From Chloroflexota bacterium (GTDB taxonomy: Bacteria > Chloroflexota > Dehalococcoidia > UBA2979), in the NCBI GenBank assembly GCA_027593235.1, contig JAQCIU010000007.1, positions 52,983 through 116,982 on the forward strand: 64,000 bases of DNA, in the 5' to 3' direction. Below are positions 58,555 through 64,000 of this stretch, piece by piece. Both the position numbers and the translations under genes were made by a program. Under the pieces are notes generated by a model, which was not told where the DNA came from, made no database searches, and was given only the letters and a program-made list of their open reading frames with translations. Within the stretch, counting starts at the first letter, position 1. Every line of letters starts with the position of its first letter.

Positions 58555-58944
58555 CTAACTACGCGGTCGGCGCCGCGCGCGAACCCCGTTGTGCGGGACT
58601 GGCGTGCGGTCACGGATCGCCGAAACGCGAATCCCCGATGCCTGCAGCGCCCGGATCGCGGCCTCACGGCCGGGTCCCGGACCCTTCACCTGCACCGAAA
58701 CCTCGCGCAGTCCGTGCTCCATCGCACGTGCCGCCGCGGCTTCCGCCGCAAGCTGCGCCGCGTATGGCGTGCTCTTGCGCGATCCGGTGAATCCGGCGGC
58801 CCCGCCGCTCCCCCATGAGAGCGTGTTGCCGTTCGGATCGGTGATCGTCACCACTGTGTTGTTGAACGTCGACTTGATGAACGCCATGCCTCGCGGCACG
58901 TTCTTCGATACTCGACGACGGCTCCGTCCCTGGGAACGACCCAT
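58555..58944 (-). CDS. rpsK: 30S ribosomal protein S11
   Basis: [21 protein letters not shown]. Confidence 0.97.
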   Translation of the reverse strand: MGRSQGRSRRRVSKNVPRGMAFIKSTFNNTVVTITDPNGNTLSWGSGGAAGFTGSRKSTPYAAQLAAEAAAARAMEHGLREVSVQVKGPGPGREAAIRALQASGIRVSAIRDRTPVPHNGVRARRRPRS

Positions 58945-58968
58945 GCGCCTGCCTCCCTGAACCCGCGG

Positions 58969-59349
58969 TTACTTCCGCGGGGCCTTCTTCTTGCCCGAGA
59001 CGATTCGTCGAGAACCGCGTCGCGTTCGTGCGTTCGTCTTCGTGCGCTGACCGCGAAGCGGCAGTCCACGGCGGTGACGCTGACCGCGGTAACAGTTGAT
59101 TTCGATCAAGCGCTGGACGTTCTGACGAACCTCGCGTCGAAGGTCACCCTCGACGACGTGATCGCCCTCAACGACCGCACGGATCCGCAACACCTCATCG
59201 TCCGTGAGATCACGGACCATGGCGTCCGGCGCAATGCTGGTCTGTTCGCAGATCTTCCTCGCGGTCGGACGACCAATGCCGTACACGTACGGCAACGAAA
59301 ACTGGATCTGCTTATCGCGTGGGATGTCCACGCCGGCGATACGCGCCAT
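58969..59349 (-). CDS. rpsM: 30S ribosomal protein S13
   Basis: [22 protein letters not shown]. Confidence 0.98.
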   Translation of the reverse strand: MARIAGVDIPRDKQIQFSLPYVYGIGRPTARKICEQTSIAPDAMVRDLTDDEVLRIRAVVEGDHVVEGDLRREVRQNVQRLIEINCYRGQRHRRGLPLRGQRTKTNARTRRGSRRIVSGKKKAPRK

Positions 59350-59396
59350 ATTCGGCTCCTCGTGCGCCCGTTCGTTCCTCGGCCAGCCCCGCGGGG

Positions 59397-59522
59397 CTAG
59401 CCCTGTCGCACCTTGTAGCGAGGGTTCCGCTTGTTGATCACGTACAGCTTCCCTCGACGCCGTACGATCTGGCAGTTCTTGTCACGTAGCTTGGCGCTAC
59501 GCAGCGATGCCTTGACTTTCAT
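59397..59522 (-). CDS. rpmJ: 50S ribosomal protein L36, type B (zinc-free)
   Basis: Manual translation [41 protein letters not shown]; GGGAG RBS; below the ORF-track size cutoff. Confidence 0.95.
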   Translation of the reverse strand: MKVKASLRSAKLRDKNCQIVRRRGKLYVINKRNPRYKVRQG

Positions 59523-59570
59523 TCCAGACTCCCCCTTCCGCCTCGCACGGAATCCATGACGGACCCCGCC

Positions 59571-59834
59571 TTAGCGGAACCGGTAGGTAATGCGCCCACG
59601 ACTCAGGTCGTACGGGCTCAGTTCAACCAACACCCGGTCTCCGAGCAGGATCCGGATGTAGTTCATCCGCATCCGACCAGAAATCCCGGCCAATACGTGG
59701 TGTCCATTCGGCAGCTCTACATCGAACATTGCGTTCGGAAGCGCCTCTTTGATGACACCTTCAACCTCAATGACTTCTTTGTCTTTCTTCTCGCGCGGCG
59801 CGCGTTCGCGCTGACCTCGTCCTCGTCTTGCCAT
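59571..59834 (-). CDS. infA: Translation initiation factor IF-1
   Basis: IEVEG...LPNAMF...ISGRMR...[13 protein letters not shown]. Confidence 0.97.
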   Translation of the reverse strand: MARRGRGQRERAPREKKDKEVIEVEGVIKEALPNAMFDVELPNGHHVLAGISGRMRMNYIRILLGDRVLVELSPYDLSRGRITYRFR

Positions 59835-59848
59835 GGTTCGCCCACCCG

Positions 59849-60607
59849 CTAGATGCGGGTGAGCACCTCCGGTCCGTTAGCGGTAATAGCCACGGTCTCC
59901 TCCCAGTGAGCGGAGAGACCGCCGTCGCTCATTACCACGGTCCAGCGGTCGGGCATCACCTTCGTCGCCGGGTGTCCGGTGGCGAACATGGGCTCGAGGG
60001 CGATCACCATCCCCTTGCGCAACTGCATACCGGCGCCGGGACGGCCCTTGTTCAGAATGTGTGGCTCCTCGTGCATCTCGCGGCCTACGCCGTGCCCGCC
60101 GTACTCATCGATGATCCCGTACGTCCCGGCGTGATTGCCGATCGCGTACGAAACATCGCCCAGGCGGTTCCCAATCTTCGCGGTTTCGATCCCGCACCAC
60201 AGCGCTTCACGCGTGGTGTTGATGAGATCGAGTGCCTCCGCGGAGACCTCGCCGACCGCGGCCGTGAAGGCCGCATCGGAAACCCAGCCCTGGAAGGTGG
60301 CGCCGACGTCGATACTGACGATGTCGCCCTCCTTCAGCGCTCGGTCCCCGGGAATGCCGTGCACCAACTCCTCGTTCACCGAGAAGCAGATGGCTCCCGG
60401 GTACGGGGGAGCCCCGCGCGGCGCGTAGCCCTTAAACGTGGCGATCGCCCCGCGCTTCTCAATCTCGCGGGTCGCCAGTTCGTCGAGCTCGATCCCAGTA
60501 ACACCCGGTTTCACGGCTTCCATCAGCAATGCGCGAACTTCAGCATTGATGCGCCCGGCACGGCGCATCTGCTCCAGTTCAGCTTCTGACTTGAGCTCGA
60601 CCGGCAT
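59849..60607 (-). CDS. map: Methionine aminopeptidase type I
   Basis: [19 protein letters not shown]...HEEP, LEPM, AHWEET. Confidence 0.96.
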   Translation of the reverse strand: MPVELKSEAELEQMRRAGRINAEVRALLMEAVKPGVTGIELDELATREIEKRGAIATFKGYAPRGAPPYPGAICFSVNEELVHGIPGDRALKEGDIVSIDVGATFQGWVSDAAFTAAVGEVSAEALDLINTTREALWCGIETAKIGNRLGDVSYAIGNHAGTYGIIDEYGGHGVGREMHEEPHILNKGRPGAGMQLRKGMVIALEPMFATGHPATKVMPDRWTVVMSDGGLSAHWEETVAITANGPEVLTRI

Positions 60608-60613
60608 ACCAGT

Positions 60614-61282
60614 CTACGCCTCCACGGTCGCGGCGGGTACCGACTCGATCGCGGCCATCAGGCGATCCGTGATCTCAGCCGGCGCGCCGGTCCCCTTGAT
60701 GTGATGCAGCTTCGAGGCCGTTTCGTAGTAGGTGGCGAGCTGTTCGGTCCAGGCGCGGTTGGTATCCAGGCGCGCCTTCACCGTCTCGGGGCGATCGTCG
60801 TCGCGCTGAGTCAGCTGCGCGCCCTCGTTGTCGCACTGTCCGGCGGTGCGCGGCGGGCTCGTCAGCTCGTGGTAGATCGCGCCGCACGAGGAGCAGGTCC
60901 AGCGGCCGGTCAGGCGCGCCATCAGCTGATCCTCGGGAACCTCGATGTACAGCACGGCGTCGATCCGCGACCCGCGGCCCTCGAGGGCGTGATCGAGCGC
61001 CTCGGCCTGCGGGATCGTGCGCGGGAAGCCGTCCAGCATGATGCCCTTCTCGGCGTCATCCTTGGCGATCCGCTCCAGCAGCATGCCGATCGTGACCTCG
61101 TCGGGGACGAGTTCGCCTTTGCTCATGTAGCTCTGAGCGCGCAGGCCCAGCTCCGTGCCAGCGGCCGCGGCCTCGCGGAACATGTCGCCCGTCGAGATGT
61201 GCAGCAGCCCCAGCCGGTCCGCCAGGATGTGCGCTTGCGTACCCTTGCCGGCGCCTGGGAGCCCCAGGAGAATCAGCCGCAT
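60614..61282 (-). CDS. adk: Adenylate kinase
   Basis: GLPGAGKGTQ, STGDMFR, LDGFPRT, QRDDD. Confidence 0.97.
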   Translation of the reverse strand: MRLILLGLPGAGKGTQAHILADRLGLLHISTGDMFREAAAAGTELGLRAQSYMSKGELVPDEVTIGMLLERIAKDDAEKGIMLDGFPRTIPQAEALDHALEGRGSRIDAVLYIEVPEDQLMARLTGRWTCSSCGAIYHELTSPPRTAGQCDNEGAQLTQRDDDRPETVKARLDTNRAWTEQLATYYETASKLHHIKGTGAPAEITDRLMAAIESVPAATVEA

Positions 61283-62628
61283 CAGCGAATAAACCCTTCG
61301 TAGTTGCGCATCATCATCTGGGCCTCGATCTGTCGCATCGTGTCGAGAACCACGCCAACCACGATCAGCAGACCAGCGGCGCTAATCGTCAGCGCCTGCA
61401 CCCCGGTCAGTCGCGTTGCCAGGAACGGCATCACCGCGACCAGTCCCAGGAAAATGGCGCCACCCCACGTGATGCGCACCAGCACGCGGGTGATGTACTC
61501 CTGCGTGGGCCGGCCCGGCCGGATGCCGGGGATGAACCCACCCTGGCGTTGGAGGTTCTCCGCCAGGTTCTGTTGTTGGAAGACGACCATCGTGTAGAAG
61601 AACGCGAAGATCACCACCATCAGGAAGGTGCCGATCCAGTACAGCAGCCCGGTGGGCGACAACGCGGTCTGGAAGAAGTCCGCCACGTTCGCGATCCAGC
61701 CGACGTCGGCGGTCTCCGCGACGAACTGGGCGACGACCGGCGGGAAGATCATGATCGAGGTCGCGAAGATGATCGGGATCATGCCGGCGGTGTTCACGCG
61801 CAACGGGATGAACGACTGCCCCTGCTGGCGGTACATGCGCCCACCACGGAACGTCGAGCGCGCGTATTGGACCGGGATGCGTCGCTGCGCTTCCTGGAAG
61901 AGGACGATGAACCCGACGACGGCCAGCGCGAGGATCGCAAGGAGGAACATGCCGCCGATCGCCTGGCCGGTGCCGGAAAGGAACACCTGACCGAAGAGGC
62001 CGGGCATCCCGGCGACGATGCCACCGAGGATGATCAGCGACACGCCGTTACCGACGCCGTTCTCCGAGATCAGCTCACCGAGCCAGACGAGGAACATCGT
62101 GCCGGCAACCATCGAGATGATGGTCGCAAAGGTGGGGAGCGCGTTGCCGCCGGTGAAGCCGATGTCGCTGACGCCACCAAGCTGCTGGATCAGCAGGAGC
62201 TGCGCGTAACCCTGAAAGGCAGCCAGCGGGACGGTGATCCAGTGCGTGTACATCTGGAGTCGGTTGCGACCGGCCTCGCCTTCCTGCTGCAACGCCTGAA
62301 GGCGCGGCACCAGTGGGCTGGCGAGCTGCATGACGATCGTCGCCGTGATGTAGGGATAGACACCCAGCGCCGCCACGGAGAGGTTCTCCAGCGCACCGCC
62401 GGAGAAGATGTTGAGGAACCCCAGGATGGCGTTGTTGTTGAACGTCTGCTCCAGCGCGTCGCGATCGACGCCGGGAACAGGGATGTGTGCGACGAAGCGG
62501 AAAATCAGCAGCATGCCAAGCGTGAAGAGAATCTTCGCGCGGACGTCTGGCTGACGGAATGCTTCCGCCGCCGCGTTCAGCAGTCGCGGCTGCCCGGATG
62601 AGCTTTGCCCCGTGCTGCCCAGCGCCAT
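61282..62628 (-). CDS. secY: Preprotein translocase subunit SecY
   Basis: FSGGAL, LGVYPYITA, GNGVSL, FIPGIRPG, YEGF. Confidence 0.98.
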   Translation of the reverse strand: MALGSTGQSSSGQPRLLNAAAEAFRQPDVRAKILFTLGMLLIFRFVAHIPVPGVDRDALEQTFNNNAILGFLNIFSGGALENLSVAALGVYPYITATIVMQLASPLVPRLQALQQEGEAGRNRLQMYTHWITVPLAAFQGYAQLLLIQQLGGVSDIGFTGGNALPTFATIISMVAGTMFLVWLGELISENGVGNGVSLIILGGIVAGMPGLFGQVFLSGTGQAIGGMFLLAILALAVVGFIVLFQEAQRRIPVQYARSTFRGGRMYRQQGQSFIPLRVNTAGMIPIIFATSIMIFPPVVAQFVAETADVGWIANVADFFQTALSPTGLLYWIGTFLMVVIFAFFYTMVVFQQQNLAENLQRQGGFIPGIRPGRPTQEYITRVLVRITWGGAIFLGLVAVMPFLATRLTGVQALTISAAGLLIVVGVVLDTMRQIEAQMMMRNYEGFIR

Positions 62629-62631
62629 GGG

Positions 62632-63216
62632 TTAGGCGTCCCCGTCCGTGGCGGGTTCGGCGGCTGGCGCGGCTTCAACAGCAGCGGCTTCCGCGGCGGC
62701 GACGGCAGCCGCGCTCACCGGTGCAGCAGCCGCGACGCGGCGGTGGACGCGGTTGCGGATGCGCTTCACGGCTGGCGCCAACTCCTCGAAGGAGCCACCG
62801 GCGGCCGTGATCGCGTCCTTCGCGGCCTGCGACAGGCGCGGAGCGGTGATCGTCAATGGGTGCGGCAATTCACCGCGAGCGAGCACCTTGAACGGCTCGT
62901 CGGGATCCTCGAGGAGACGGATCGCCGCCAACGCCGAGCCGTCGATGACGGAACCGGACTCGAAGCGCGCAGCCAGTTCTTCCAGGTTGATCGGCTGGAA
63001 CTCCACGCGGTTGAAGTTGCGGAACCCGCGCAAACGCGGGACGCGGCGAACCAGCGGGTTCTGACCACCCTCGAAGCCAACGCGGACTTTGTTACGGGCC
63101 TTCTGGCCTTTGCGACCGCGTCCGGCGTAGGTGCCCTGGCCGGTTCCGGGACCGCGACCGAGGCGCTTGCGCGTCCGCTTCGAGCCCGCCGGCTGGCGGA
63201 GGGTGTGCTGATCCAT
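62632..63216 (-). CDS. rplO: 50S ribosomal protein L15 with an Ala-rich tail
   Basis: RLGRG, GRGRKGQ, FEGGQ. Confidence 0.96.
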   Translation of the reverse strand: MDQHTLRQPAGSKRTRKRLGRGPGTGQGTYAGRGRKGQKARNKVRVGFEGGQNPLVRRVPRLRGFRNFNRVEFQPINLEELAARFESGSVIDGSALAAIRLLEDPDEPFKVLARGELPHPLTITAPRLSQAAKDAITAAGGSFEELAPAVKRIRNRVHRRVAAAAPVSAAAVAAAEAAAVEAAPAAEPATDGDA

Positions 63217-63401
63217 TACTGGAGCTCCTCGACGGTGATCAGGTGTCGAACCTTCAACGTCATGCCACGCACCGCCGGGGTGTCATCGTGCTCCACGCTT
63301 TGGTGGAGACGCTTCAACCCCAGGGCCTTGATCGTCCGCTTCTGGTCCTTGGCGAACCCGATGGCGGACTTGGTCCAGGTCACTCGCAGCTTGTTTGCCA
63401 T
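63216..63401 (-). CDS. rpmD: 50S ribosomal protein L30
   Basis: [15 protein letters not shown]...ALGL...VRGM...VRHL. Confidence 0.95.
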   Translation of the reverse strand: MANKLRVTWTKSAIGFAKDQKRTIKALGLKRLHQSVEHDDTPAVRGMTLKVRHLITVEELQ

Positions 63402-63414
63402 TACTCGCCCGATC

Positions 63415-64000
63415 CTACGCTCGCGCCAATTCCAGGCGGCGGCGACGCACTTCCGCCGGATGGCGCAGTGCACGCAACCCCTCGACGGTGGCGCGCGCCA
63501 CGTTCACCGGGTTGTTCGATCCCAGGGACTTGGTCAGCACGTCGGTGACGCCTGCCGCCTCCATCACCGCGCGCACCGCGCCGCCGGCGATCAATCCCGT
63601 ACCGGCCGAGGCCGGTCGCATCACGACCTTCGACGCCTTGAAGTGGGCGACGTAGTCGTGCGCAATCGTCGTGTCGCGCATGGCGATCGGGAACATCGAG
63701 CGGCGTGCAATCACGCCACCCTTGCGAATCGCTTCAGGAACCTCGTTCGCGCGGCCCATGCCGACGCCAACGCGACCCGCGCCGTCACCGACCACCACAA
63801 TCGCGGTGAACGAGAAGCGCCGGCCGCCCTTGACAACCTTGGCCACGCGGTTGATGTGCACGACCTTCTCGATGAACTCGGGACCATCGTCTTCTTCGCC
63901 ACGACGGCGATCTCGACGGCCGCGTCCCTGGTCGCCACGGCCACCACCGCCGCCGCCTCCGGGGCCGCCGCGACCGCGGCCACCACCGCCGCCGCCGGGG
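63415..64000 (-). CDS. rpsE: 30S ribosomal protein S5 (start outside the window)
   Basis: [31 protein letters not shown]; Gly/Arg-rich N-terminal extension. Confidence 0.97.
   Translation of the reverse strand, partial: PGGGGGGRGRGGPGGGGGGGRGDQGRGRRDRRRGEEDDGPEFIEKVVHINRVAKVVKGGRRFSFTAIVVVGDGAGRVGVGMGRANEVPEAIRKGGVIARRSMFPIAMRDTTIAHDYVAHFKASKVVMRPASAGTGLIAGGAVRAVMEAAGVTDVLTKSLGSNNPVNVARATVEGLRALRHPAEVRRRRLELARA

Overview
High-GC bacterial chromosomal segment, most consistent with Chloroflexota (Dehalococcoidia/Tepidiformales-like). This is an inference from the F420 genes cofE/npdG, an LLM oxidoreductase, GAAC-N4-GTTC-type LexA boxes, a DarA-like c-di-AMP receptor, plsX and flagellin. Left part (1-20 kb): NMT1/THI5-type ABC transporter, F420 genes, holA, lexA, MFS transporters, an MshC-like Cys ligase, and a dense family of CTTCG/CGAAG palindromic repeats sitting on stop codons. 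Middle (20-38 kb): truncated fliD, flaG, tRNA-His, SLT-M23 protein, mgtE split by an 8-bp duplication, sigma28-driven flagellin, an Ig-repeat surface protein and glycosyltransferases. 38-42 kb: tRNA-Sec next to a ferredoxin:thioredoxin reductase catalytic subunit whose CHC motif is C-H-TGA followed by a SECIS-like hairpin (predicted selenoprotein), plus trxA divergent from a CsoR-family repressor. 42-54 kb: plsX, apt, an unannotated 35-aa RiPP-precursor-like peptide, a SAM-cycle operon (mtnP-GNAT-ahcY-metK) and NDP-sugar genes. 54-64 kb: the spc/alpha/rplM-rpsI ribosomal cluster, with a Zn-free L36 and an uL13 carrying an extra C-terminal domain. No CRISPR array, integrase or transposase was seen. 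All calls come from reading the sequence; no searches were run.
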